54,360 nucleotides of DNA from Gemmatimonadota bacterium (GTDB taxonomy: Bacteria; Gemmatimonadota; Gemmatimonadetes; Palauibacterales; Palauibacteraceae). The notes below the pieces were generated by a model that worked only from the letters and a program-made list of their open reading frames with translations, did no database searches and was not told the DNA's origin. The stretch is taken from assembly GCA_039588275.1 (NCBI GenBank), contig JBDHAC010000023.1, positions 1-54,360 on the forward strand. The letters run 5' to 3'. Both the position numbers and the translations under genes were made by a program. This document shows, piece after piece, positions 1-8,624 of this stretch; within the stretch, counting starts at the first letter, position 1, and each line of letters starts with the position of its first letter.

Positions 1-1245
1 GGTCCCCGATCCCGTCCCAGCCCCCTGGACCACGAGCTCGAACTCCTGCTGGAACGACGCCGTGGCGGACCGGGCCTGGTCCATGGTGACCGTGCACGAG
101 CTGCCGGTGCAGTCCCCGCTCCAGCCGGTGAAGGTGCTCTGCTGGCCGGGACTCGAGGTCGGTGTGGCAGTGAGCGTGACCTGGACATCCTCACTGAAGC
201 CGAAGGAGCACGTCCCGCTCTCGCTCCCATTCGTAACCGTGCAATCGATCCCCGCGGGGCTCGACGTGATGACGCCGTCGCCGTCTCCGCCCCCCGATAC
301 CGAGAGCGTGAACGTTTGGACGGCGACCTGGCAGTTGACGTCGAAGCGGACGGATCTGGTGGTGTTGCTGCTGACGGACGCGGTCTGCGGATTCTGGCTG
401 ATGACGGAGCAGGTGGCGTCGACGCCCTGGAGCTCGACCGAGTAGTCGCCCGGGGCCAGGTTGGTGAAGTCGACCTGCCCGTTGACGGCGAGCGCTTTGC
501 TCTTGCGGCCGTTCACGACCACGGTGTAGCCGTCGGGGTCCGGGGTGCCGGTGGTCGTGTTCGAGATGCGGATGGCGCCCGGCGCCGGAGCCGGCGGCGG
601 AGGCGGCTCGCTCGGGGTCACGGGATCCATCGAGAGCGTATAACCGCCCGTGGCGGAGGCGTCGAAGCCCGAGACGACCACCAGGTAGCCCACGCCGGGC
701 TGGATCGTGGTCAGGATCCGGGGATTGGGATCGCTCGAGGAACGATCGTCGTTGGAGCCCAGCAGGGTGAGCGTCGCCGTGCGTCCGGCTCGCGAGGTGC
801 GCGCGAGAGGGCCGGCACCGCTCGGGTTCACCGAGGCCGACTGGGGCTCGATGACCTGGAACAGGGCCATGGCGGCGTCGAACCCGGCACTGGCCGTGAA
901 ATCGACCTGCTGGTCGCGATCGGTCTCCAGGTAGAGACTCTCGAAGAACCCAGTGCTCTGCGGGTTGGTCTCGAGCACCTCCGGCACGTCGGACACCTTG
1001 CAGTCCTGCTGCGAGGAGATCGAGCTCGAGTTCTGTTGCTGGGTGGAGGCGAGCAGCCGGGCGAGCTCGGAGAGCGCGCACATCGTCTGCTTCGTCTGGT
1101 CGCTGAGCGGCGGCACACTCTCGGTGGGAACCGGGGGCTGTGGTGGCGTCGTCCCCTCCCCGCCGCATTGCGCCAACGACACCACCAGACCGAGGACCAG
1201 TAGACGGTGCAGAACGGCCGGAAGTCGCGCAGGGAAGCGAAGCAT
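1..1245 (-). CDS. Secreted lipoprotein with a PPC-like domain, an Ig-like domain and InlB-B/Flg_new-like repeats; partial, runs off the left edge
   Basis: Not in the ORF track because it has no stop inside the window. My translation from ATG at 1245 (GAGGTG RBS) gives MLRFPARLPAVLHRLLVLGLVVSLAQC (lipobox-like), then LLGSNDD...YLVVVSGF..ATGGYTL (PPC-like), DPDGYTVVVNG, and GDGVITSSPAGIDC...VTLTATP...FTGWSGDC..CTVTMDQARSATASF (bacterial repeat). Confidence 0.75.
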   Translation of the reverse strand, partial: MLRFPARLPAVLHRLLVLGLVVSLAQCGGEGTTPPQPPVPTESVPPLSDQTKQTMCALSELARLLASTQQQNSSSISSQQDCKVSDVPEVLETNPQSTGFFESLYLETDRDQQVDFTASAGFDAAMALFQVIEPQSASVNPSGAGPLARTSRAGRTATLTLLGSNDDRSSSDPNPRILTTIQPGVGYLVVVSGFDASATGGYTLSMDPVTPSEPPPPPAPAPGAIRISNTTTGTPDPDGYTVVVNGRKSKALAVNGQVDFTNLAPGDYSVELQGVDATCSVISQNPQTASVSSNTTRSVRFDVNCQVAVQTFTLSVSGGGDGDGVITSSPAGIDCTVTNGSESGTCSFGFSEDVQVTLTATPTSSPGQQSTFTGWSGDCTGSSCTVTMDQARSATASFQQEFELVVQGAGTGSGT

Positions 1246-1307
1246 TACATCACCTCGTGGAAAGATTGGCAGACTGCCGCCGCCCCGCCCAGCCGCTGAA
1301 AGAGCTA

Positions 1308-1336
1308 TTAATAAGATCTGCTCATGCAGAATGCAA
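1308..1336 (-). promoter_or_regulatory. Putative sigma70-type promoter for the lipoprotein gene, with a palindrome in the spacer
   Basis: Minus strand reads TTGCAT-17 nt-TATTAA. The spacer holds the inverted repeat TCTGC-N4-GCAGA (1317-1330). Confidence 0.4.
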
Positions 1337-1432
1337 GATACTCGGATCCAGATATCCCGAAATCCGCCGGCGAATTACCGCGAATCGCCTGCCGACCAGA
1401 GTGCGCTGCGGAAGGGGCCGCTCGCTGACGCG

Positions 1433-2005
1433 CTAGTCGATCAGCAGGAAGATCGCAATGGCGAGCGAGGCCAGCACCGCAGCAAGCCCCGCCCAAACGA
1501 AGGGGCGCCTCGGTCGCGCCCTGATGGAGCGGAAGAACCCTTTGACGGCGGTCTCGTCGGCAGGGCCGGTGCCGGTCGCAGGTCGGGCGCTCGCCCGATC
1601 TCCCGTCTGAAACACCGCCGTCGCGGCCCTGGGCTGCGGGGGGGTAGCCGGCTCCACGGCTTCTCTCACTGGCCCGCCGTCGTTCGCTTCAGCGGCACCC
1701 TGCACCGGCGCCTCGGCTTCGAAACGTGCTGAGGGTCCGCCGAGACCGTACTCGATGATGTCTCCGTCATGAAGAACCTGCTCGGTGATCCTTCGGTCGT
1801 TGACGAAGGTGCCGTTGGTGCTGGCTTCATCGCGTATGAGGTACTGCCCATCGCGGTAGCGCAGCGAGGCTTGGAGTCGGGAAACGACCTCGTCCGGGAG
1901 AACCAGGTCCTCTTCGGGGTTTCGACCGATGGTGAAGCCCTGATCGAGCAGAGAGACCACGGCGCCCTCCAAATCCCCGCTGAGGAACACGAGCTTGGCA
2001 CTCAC
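1433..2005 (-). CDS. FHA-domain protein with C-terminal transmembrane anchor
   Basis: FHA motifs FTIGR, VSRLQA and STNGTFVND; Pro/Ala linker; hydrophobic C-terminus. GTG start at 2005 preferred because the ORF-track start at 2080 overlaps the PP2C gene. Confidence 0.85.
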   Translation of the reverse strand: MSAKLVFLSGDLEGAVVSLLDQGFTIGRNPEEDLVLPDEVVSRLQASLRYRDGQYLIRDEASTNGTFVNDRRITEQVLHDGDIIEYGLGGPSARFEAEAPVQGAAEANDGGPVREAVEPATPPQPRAATAVFQTGDRASARPATGTGPADETAVKGFFRSIRARPRRPFVWAGLAAVLASLAIAIFLLID

Positions 2006-2036
2006 CAGGTACCTACTTTCAACTTGAAATGCGCGG

Positions 2037-2912
2037 TCACCCGAAGTGTGCGACGACGACGGTGATGTTGTCGTATCCACCCCCGGCCTTGGCCATCCCG
2101 ATCAGCGCCTCGCACTGATCCAGCGGTGTCGTGCTGGACGACAGAACCTCGGCCAGCTCTGGATCATCCACCAGGCCATGAAGTCCGTCGCTGCAGAGCA
2201 ACAGCCGATCTCCAGATCCGACCCTGAAGTCGAAGGCATCTACCTCGACCGCCTCTCGGGCACCGATCGCTTGCAGGAGCAAGTTCCGCTCATTGTGCGT
2301 ACGAGCTTGTTCGGCTGTGATGTGACCGTGTGCCACTAGGCTCTGCACACGTGTCTGATCCATGGTGAGCTGTCGCAGACGACTGTGTCTCAGCAGGTAG
2401 ATTCGACTGTCGCCCACATGCGCCACCGTCAGCCCCTCTTCCAGAATGGCTACCGCGCTCAACGTGGCGCCCATCCCCTTCTTCGACGGGTCAGCCTGGC
2501 TCGCGGCCAATACTCTCCGGTTGGCCTCTTCTACACCCTCGGTCATCCACGCCTTGAATCCCGGTCCCCCGTTGGAGGACGACTCCTGAAATCCGTGCCT
2601 CGCATGGTCACACAGCGATTGAAGCGCCATGCCACTGGCCACTTCACCCGCTTGCTGCCCCCCCATGCCATCGGACACCGCGGCCAACAGGGCGGGACCC
2701 TCGTCATCGCCCCAAATCTGGAAGGCAGACTCCACCGAGCGGTCGCTGGCGAGATCCCAGAGAAGGAATGCGTCCTCGTTGTTGTCGCGGGTCAGCCCGA
2801 CATCGGTGAGCGCTGCGATCGCGAGCTGCGTGGGTCTTTCCAGCGCCGTGTGCGCGATTGGCGTCGGATTGACGCTCGAGGACTCCGACTCGCCCTGCGG
2901 CGGTTGAGACAT
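2037..2912 (-). CDS. PP2C-family Ser/Thr phosphatase (Stp1/PppA-like)
   Basis: Motifs TDVGLTRDNNEDA, SDGMGG, HVGDSRIY, LCSDGL and GGYDNITV. ATG at 2912 overlaps the upstream TGA. Confidence 0.93.
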   Translation of the reverse strand: MSQPPQGESESSSVNPTPIAHTALERPTQLAIAALTDVGLTRDNNEDAFLLWDLASDRSVESAFQIWGDDEGPALLAAVSDGMGGQQAGEVASGMALQSLCDHARHGFQESSSNGGPGFKAWMTEGVEEANRRVLAASQADPSKKGMGATLSAVAILEEGLTVAHVGDSRIYLLRHSRLRQLTMDQTRVQSLVAHGHITAEQARTHNERNLLLQAIGAREAVEVDAFDFRVGSGDRLLLCSDGLHGLVDDPELAEVLSSSTTPLDQCEALIGMAKAGGGYDNITVVVAHFG

Positions 2913-3772
2913 CAGTTGGTGGCTTCCTGCATCAGCATGTACGCGAAGGAGCACGGATCGCGTCGACACTCGGCCATACCGAACTCCACGCGATAGCTAC
3001 CCGTCCGCTCGACCGGGAACGACGCGAACGGACGGCTTTCCATGTCATCGGCTTGCTGTTCGTACGCGACGCGAAACCCATCGGCATCGAACACCTGAAT
3101 ATCCAGGTTCGCACAGTTGGTGTCGCACACGGCAATCACTCCCGCCATTCGCCCACCTTCGAAGACGCGTGTGATGGCGTATCTGGCTTCCTCGCCGAGG
3201 TTCGCCGTCTGGATGATCGAGCTCGTCTCCCAATCCGCGGCCATCGTCAGTCGGTAATGGTCGTATAGACCACTCACCACTTGGCCGGAGGCAGAACGAT
3301 CCCGCACCACCCAGTAGGCGACATAGCAGGGCTCAGATCGACATTCGGCCATCCCGAACCTGACTCGGTGTGTCGAGGAATCCCCCGCGGTGAAGCGGGC
3401 AAACGGGTACTTGGCCGCGTCTGCCTCCTGCGCGTCGTACGCTACCCTGAAGCCATCCGTGTCGAAGATCTCGATGTTCAGGTCAACACAGTCATCGTCG
3501 CAGGATCCGAGCACGCCCGCTCGTTGCCCGGCGGCCGTAGATACCTCCAAGTCGACCGTCTCCCCCTGGTCCAGGTACAGCAGGGTGACGTCCGAGCTGG
3601 GTGTCCAGTCGGTGGCCAAGTTCTGCTCGAAGTGCGTCTGCAGAGATCCCCGCGCCTGGTTCAGAAAGATCTGCTCGGAGACGATGGGGGTGCATCGAGC
3701 TGTCGACCCGGCAACGACGAGTACCGGGAAGGCGAGTGTGGCCAGACGTAAATGACCGCTAATGCTCCGCAT
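2912..3772 (-). CDS. Exported protein with two tandem Cys-containing PPC-like domains
   Basis: N-terminal hydrophobic signal. Two copies of CDxxCxxLxIxxFDxDGFRVAY...PFAxF...RVxFGMAECRxxPC. RBS GGAGGA precedes ATG 3772. Confidence 0.75.
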   Translation of the reverse strand: MRSISGHLRLATLAFPVLVVAGSTARCTPIVSEQIFLNQARGSLQTHFEQNLATDWTPSSDVTLLYLDQGETVDLEVSTAAGQRAGVLGSCDDDCVDLNIEIFDTDGFRVAYDAQEADAAKYPFARFTAGDSSTHRVRFGMAECRSEPCYVAYWVVRDRSASGQVVSGLYDHYRLTMAADWETSSIIQTANLGEEARYAITRVFEGGRMAGVIAVCDTNCANLDIQVFDADGFRVAYEQQADDMESRPFASFPVERTGSYRVEFGMAECRRDPCSFAYMLMQEATN

Positions 3773-3837
3773 ATCTTCCTCCGAAGGGCCAGGCCCTAGC
3801 CGAAGTCGGGTAAGTGCACGGCGCGACGGCGCGTGCA

Positions 3838-6642
3838 CTACCGTCTGAGCAGTCGCCACCGCCCCGAACCGCGGACCTCGCACTCGACCGTGCCGATGAT
3901 CCGGGTGCTCGACATACCCGCCGGGTCGGCTCTGTACGTGCAGTCGTGATCACCCCGGCGACCCCCGAGAACCACTCCATCCGGCTGGATGGACCCCGCG
4001 ATCCGAAGCTCGCGCGATTGTCCGGTAGTGCCGCACCTCTCCAGCAGCGTAGCTTGCCCCGAGACGCCCGATGTGGTTTGCTCCAGCTGGAAAGGGTGCG
4101 GCCCCGACGAGCACCCAGCGTCGTCGAACGTGTCGTAGAAATTCCAGCTCCCCAGGTACGAGGCGGAGAACACCTCCTCTGGAGGCTCTTCCGGATCGGG
4201 GCCCGTATCTCGTTCGGTCTCTCGCGCCGAGTCTGGCGGGTCGCCTGGGGGAGACACCGGTGGTGGCGGCGGAGTCTGAGCCACCTGGCCAGCTCTCTCT
4301 CTCTCCAAGCGACGGATCTCGACGACGGCGAGGTCGACTAGATCTCTGCAGGTCTCGTCGTGACTTGGCAGAAGATCCATGCACGCGCGCGCCGTATCGC
4401 GAGCCTGGGCCAGCCGCCGCCCATCGAGCAACGCCTGCGCGTCCGCCGCCCACTCGTTCGCGACCTCGCTGATCAGTCCGTCGGCTGTCGAGTTCCCGGG
4501 GTCGAGCTGGTCCACCTGCGAGAGTACCACCACCGCGTCCCGGTATCTCCGCGCGTCGATGGCATCGCGCGCCGCCTGCAGGAGCGAATCCGCCCGAAGA
4601 CCGGTCCGGCTCGTGAGGATCATCCGGATTTCGGTGTTCAGCCCTCCCGCCAGGTACACCGTGTCCGGCACATTCAGCGGCTCGCGCGTGCCCTGGGTCG
4701 ACCTCACATCGGTTGTGAGGACGATCCACTCCTCGGAGTCGTTTTGCACGGCGTACCAGCCCGGGGTCAGCTCTTCACCTGTATCCAGATCACAGGGAGA
4801 GCACCCTGGAGAGACGTCAGAGCGGAGCGAGACGCGGGCCTCGGCCGGCGCCCCATCGGGTCCATCCTGCTGGGCGACCACGGCGAGTCGGGCCGAGCCA
4901 CCACGGGCTCGGATCCTGACGTCCGCCTGTCGTGCCCGACGCAGGAGCTCCTGGAAGCCCATTGTCGAAGCCCAGTCGACCCTGATCAGCTCTTCGCCGC
5001 TTGCCGTGTTCCGCAGGGCTTCGAAGCTCCCGTCGTCCGTGACCCGCAATTCCGAGATCTCACCGTTCTCAGCCATACCAAAGAAGAGGCCCGCGGTCAC
5101 GGTTTGGGGTGGCGTGAACAGGTCGACGATCCAGTCGGCCGCGTTCGCGAGAGGTGCACGCAGAGGGCCGACTACCAGGTAGGTCCCTCCGCCCAGTATC
5201 AGGACGATCGCGCTGAGCGCGGTGACTCGGCGCCACGGCGCCGCAGAGGCGACGCCTGCGAGGCCGCCGCCCGCCGCCCGCCCAGCGCCCGCAAAGCCGC
5301 GTCCGATGCCCGCGACCGCGCGCCACATGAGTGAAGCCATCCCTCGGACCCCGGACGCCACGCCGCCAAGCCCTTTGCGAGCTCCCACCCCCACGCTCGT
5401 GAGCCCCGACACGAAGCGCTCGCTCGGGCTCGCCGTGCGCTCGAGCGGTATCTTGACGTGGCTCGTCTCGTCCTCGACGATCCGGACGCGGGCTTGCGCC
5501 GGCTGGCAATACTTCGCACGGACGCGGAGCTCGTACTCGCCCGGCGGCAACGGTCCGATCTCCCACGGGGTGCGCCCCTTGGCGACCACAGCCGCTTGAC
5601 GCTTGAGGAGAACGGCGGCGCCGGCCGGTACGCTTTCGACCCGTAGGCTGCCGCCAGAAGGTACGCCCACAGTGAGCTGGAGTCGCTGCAGCGCCTTGTC
5701 CAGATCCGCCGCCGATTGAAACCGGAGCGCGGGATCCTTCTCCAGTAGCCTCAGTACCACGGCCTCGATGTCGGCCGTCAGATCGGGTCTGGCCTCCCGC
5801 GGCGGAACGGGCGGCTTGTTCAGCATCGCATCCATCGCCCGGAGTTGCGTGGACTGCGAAGACGGCAACCCGAACTTCCGGCCGAGCCAGGGCTCATGCT
5901 CCGTCAGCATGTTGTAGAGGATGACCCCGGCAGCGAACAGGTCCGTGCGGGCGTCGATGTTCTCTCCGAGGTACTGCTCGGGCGGCATGTACCCGTACGA
6001 GCCCAGCCCCTGTCCCACTTCAGTGAGGCTGTCGTGTCCGACCTTCTTCGCGATCCCGAAGTCGAGGATCTTGACGAGGTCCCGCCCGTTTCGATCCAAC
6101 AGGAAGATGTTGTCGGGTTTCAGGTCCCGATGAACCACCGGCGGATCGTGGCTGTGGGCGACGGTGAGGGCCGCACAGATCTGTCGCATGATCGCAATCG
6201 TGCGATCCGGCTCCATGACCCCGGACTCCAGGAGCAGCTGATGCAGGCTGATCCCGTCCAGGAATTCGAGCGTGAAGTACCAGAGTCGCCGCTCCTCATC
6301 CTGGTCAAAGTGGTGCAGCTTCGGCACGTAATCCGTATGACCGGCGAGCTCCCGGAGCAGCTGCGCGTCCTGGCGGAATCGGCGGATTTGCTTCGGGCGG
6401 CTGGCGACGTGTGGGTGGAGGACTTTGAGGGCCTCGATCGTGTCGAGCTCGAGATTGCGGACCCGATATACGGTGCCGAACCCGCCTGAGGCGACCTTGG
6501 AAAGTACCTCGTACCGATCGTCGAAGATGACACCGACGAGCGGATCCTCCGCGACCTCGGCCCTCTCGATTCGCAACCCGCATTGCGGGCAGTACTTGAC
6601 CGAGTCGGGACAATCGGCGTTGCAGCGCGAGCAGGCGATCAT
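3838..6642 (-). CDS. Membrane Hanks-type Ser/Thr kinase (zinc ribbon, kinase, PEGA, TM, periplasmic region with TPR-like helices); PpkA-like role inferred
   Basis: CxxC..CxxC N-terminus; motifs SGGFGTVY, ALK, HRDLKPDN, DFG and YMPPEQ; PEGA signature GSLRVESVPAGAAV; TM segment VTALSAIVLILGGGTYLVV. Confidence 0.92.
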   Translation of the reverse strand: MIACSRCNADCPDSVKYCPQCGLRIERAEVAEDPLVGVIFDDRYEVLSKVASGGFGTVYRVRNLELDTIEALKVLHPHVASRPKQIRRFRQDAQLLRELAGHTDYVPKLHHFDQDEERRLWYFTLEFLDGISLHQLLLESGVMEPDRTIAIMRQICAALTVAHSHDPPVVHRDLKPDNIFLLDRNGRDLVKILDFGIAKKVGHDSLTEVGQGLGSYGYMPPEQYLGENIDARTDLFAAGVILYNMLTEHEPWLGRKFGLPSSQSTQLRAMDAMLNKPPVPPREARPDLTADIEAVVLRLLEKDPALRFQSAADLDKALQRLQLTVGVPSGGSLRVESVPAGAAVLLKRQAAVVAKGRTPWEIGPLPPGEYELRVRAKYCQPAQARVRIVEDETSHVKIPLERTASPSERFVSGLTSVGVGARKGLGGVASGVRGMASLMWRAVAGIGRGFAGAGRAAGGGLAGVASAAPWRRVTALSAIVLILGGGTYLVVGPLRAPLANAADWIVDLFTPPQTVTAGLFFGMAENGEISELRVTDDGSFEALRNTASGEELIRVDWASTMGFQELLRRARQADVRIRARGGSARLAVVAQQDGPDGAPAEARVSLRSDVSPGCSPCDLDTGEELTPGWYAVQNDSEEWIVLTTDVRSTQGTREPLNVPDTVYLAGGLNTEIRMILTSRTGLRADSLLQAARDAIDARRYRDAVVVLSQVDQLDPGNSTADGLISEVANEWAADAQALLDGRRLAQARDTARACMDLLPSHDETCRDLVDLAVVEIRRLERERAGQVAQTPPPPPVSPPGDPPDSARETERDTGPDPEEPPEEVFSASYLGSWNFYDTFDDAGCSSGPHPFQLEQTTSGVSGQATLLERCGTTGQSRELRIAGSIQPDGVVLGGRRGDHDCTYRADPAGMSSTRIIGTVECEVRGSGRWRLLRR

Positions 6643-6655
6643 GGGGCGGATCCGT

Positions 6656-7009
6656 TCAACTCACCCGCCTGAACGGGTCAGACGGGTGACGTAGCTCGAA
6701 GCGGATGACCTGCTTTCCGATCGCCACGTGATCCCCGTGCCGCAGCCGCTGGGGCCCTCGAATTCGAACATACACGCCATTCAGACTCCCCTCGTCCTTC
6801 AACGTGCAGCGAAACGCGGTCGACCCATCCTCTTGGGTGACGGTCTCGACCCGAATGGACGCGTGTTTGGACGAGAGGACGTGGTCGTCCGGGAAGGTCA
6901 AGTCGGCATCCCGACGGCCAATGACCGTCATCCCGGGCCTCAACGGGAAGACTTCGCCCTTTTGCCCCTCCTCGTGGATGCGGACGAGACGCGGCCCGGC
7001 GGCGCTCAT
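6656..7009 (-). CDS. Single FHA-domain protein
   Basis: Motifs VIGRRDADL, LSSKHA, DEGSLNGVYV and GDHVAIGKQ. Start uncertain: ATG 7009, but the frame is open to 7141. Confidence 0.85.
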   Translation of the reverse strand: MSAAGPRLVRIHEEGQKGEVFPLRPGMTVIGRRDADLTFPDDHVLSSKHASIRVETVTQEDGSTAFRCTLKDEGSLNGVYVRIRGPQRLRHGDHVAIGKQVIRFELRHPSDPFRRVS

Positions 7010-7112
7010 GATTCGCCAGCCGGCGGGTGTGAGTCGGGGTTCACGCTGTTGAGACTCCTGGTTGAGGGATCCGCCATCGGAAGCCCTGGTCGACTCGTCC
7101 GGCGCATTGCCG

Positions 7113-7754
7113 CTAGACCGTGAACTCGAATACTTGCCCACCCACGAGGATCTGATCTCCGGGACGGAGCTCGTATTCCTCGGTCAGCCGATAGAAGGTG
7201 CCGTTCACGGAGTCGAGATCCTCGATCACGTAGGACCCCTCTTCGCGACGAATCCTCACGTGTCGGTCGGATAGATACGGATCTTCTGGCACGCAGACGT
7301 CACCATTCACACGTCCGATGATGATCTCGTCCTCGAAGTCGACCGCCTCGGCACGCCCCTCGGGGAGGAGCCTCTGGATTCGTCCCTGGTCGAGCACCGT
7401 CGAGGAGACGAACAGTTGCGTGCCGGTGTCCGCGGTGCCCGTCCCGGTCGAGACCGGCGTCGCGGGGCGTGCAGCGGCGACGGGTGGCTCCGACTCCGCG
7501 GGTGGCTCTGACTCGGCGCGCGGTTCAGGCTCCGAGATCTTCCACCCGCATTCCGGGCATGATTCGGTGCCCGCCGGGTTCGCGTATCCACACTGGGGGC
7601 AGTCCGCCTGCTCGAAGACGTCGGTGGCTGACGGGGGCGTGGGCGTGGTCGTTGAAGACTCGGTTTTCTGGGGGAGAGGCTTTCCACACTCCCCACAGAA
7701 CCGGCTACCGGGGGCGTTGGCTGTGGAACACGCGGCACAGGTGACGGTCGACAA
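7113..7754 (-). CDS. Double zinc-ribbon plus FHA-domain protein
   Basis: Two CxxC-x10-CxxC ribbons; FHA motifs IIGR, LSDRH and DSVNGTF. TTG start follows a GGAGGAG RBS. Confidence 0.88.
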   Translation of the reverse strand: MSTVTCAACSTANAPGSRFCGECGKPLPQKTESSTTTPTPPSATDVFEQADCPQCGYANPAGTESCPECGWKISEPEPRAESEPPAESEPPVAAARPATPVSTGTGTADTGTQLFVSSTVLDQGRIQRLLPEGRAEAVDFEDEIIIGRVNGDVCVPEDPYLSDRHVRIRREEGSYVIEDLDSVNGTFYRLTEEYELRPGDQILVGGQVFEFTV

Positions 7755-7941
7755 GACTCCTCCGTTCGGTGGGTTGGCGGTCTGCGGCCCCCTGGGAAGC
7801 TCTCCAGACCGGGAATCTACGGACGCGAACCTCCGCTTTTCAATCAGGAGTTGATCGAGCCCGACGCCGACGAGTGGATCGGCCGACGCCTCTCGAGGCG
7901 TGGCTGCGATCCGGGATGCGGAAGCGAGACCGGGCTCCCCG

Positions 7942-8613
7942 CTACGGACCCGTGGCGGCTCTGACGGTACGCGAGGAGTACGGTACTGAAACGCGCCAGC
8001 CGGAGAGAAGAGCCGCCGTCGGCCGCGACCCGAGCGTGAGGTCCAGGTCGTCCTGGCCGCCGCAGCCCGGACCGGGCTCGGAGCTTTCCACGTACCTGAC
8101 GCCCCCCTCGAACTTCGTCACGCGGACGATCTCCAGCGGGTACACGTCCGACTCGAAAGCCGAACAAGCCTCGACCGTGCGGACTGACACCACCAGGAAA
8201 TCCTCCGTATCTCCCTCCGCGGTCGAAAGCTCGCGGATACCCACGCTGTCGACCTGGATCGAGCTTCCGACCCTCATGCGCCCGGCCGCGACCAGGATGA
8301 TCATCTCATTCTCGAAGTCGACGCTCGGGATCGGCGGAGGCGTCGGCCGCCGTGACGTCGCTCCATCCCAAACCTGTTGCCACGCAGCCGCATCGGTGAT
8401 CACACGCCGCAGCGAGTCGGCGATCCCCCCTGTGTCGTCGTAATAGACGCGCTGGAGCTGCGTCACGGGTGCCAGGTTCGATGGAGGTGGCGGACCTCCA
8501 CACGAGAATCCGAGCAAGGGAAAGGAGGCACTGACGCAGAGTACTCCGATCGGAAGTCGTCGGGCCGCCGATCCGCGGGGGAAACCTCGACCAGGAAGGC
8601 GGGATCGTGACAT
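7942..8613 (-). CDS. Lipoprotein with PrcB C-terminal-like domain
   Basis: Lipobox-like LLGFS-C. PxVDFENEMIILVAAG...SIQVDSV...YPLEIVRV resembles the PrcB_C family. Starts 11 nt after the tssM stop. Confidence 0.7.
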   Translation of the reverse strand: MSRSRLPGRGFPRGSAARRLPIGVLCVSASFPLLGFSCGGPPPPSNLAPVTQLQRVYYDDTGGIADSLRRVITDAAAWQQVWDGATSRRPTPPPIPSVDFENEMIILVAAGRMRVGSSIQVDSVGIRELSTAEGDTEDFLVVSVRTVEACSAFESDVYPLEIVRVTKFEGGVRYVESSEPGPGCGGQDDLDLTLGSRPTAALLSGWRVSVPYSSRTVRAATGP

Positions 8614-8624
8614 AGGGCAATCAC

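Noticed and set aside
191..1203. ORF-track calls 191-1168 (-) and 316-1203 (+)
   Set aside because: Arg-rich off-frame or antisense translations; the real gene is the minus-strand frame starting at 1245.
4293..4305. (CT)n dinucleotide run in the kinase gene
   Set aside because: It encodes LERER in frame and is too short to support slipped-strand switching.
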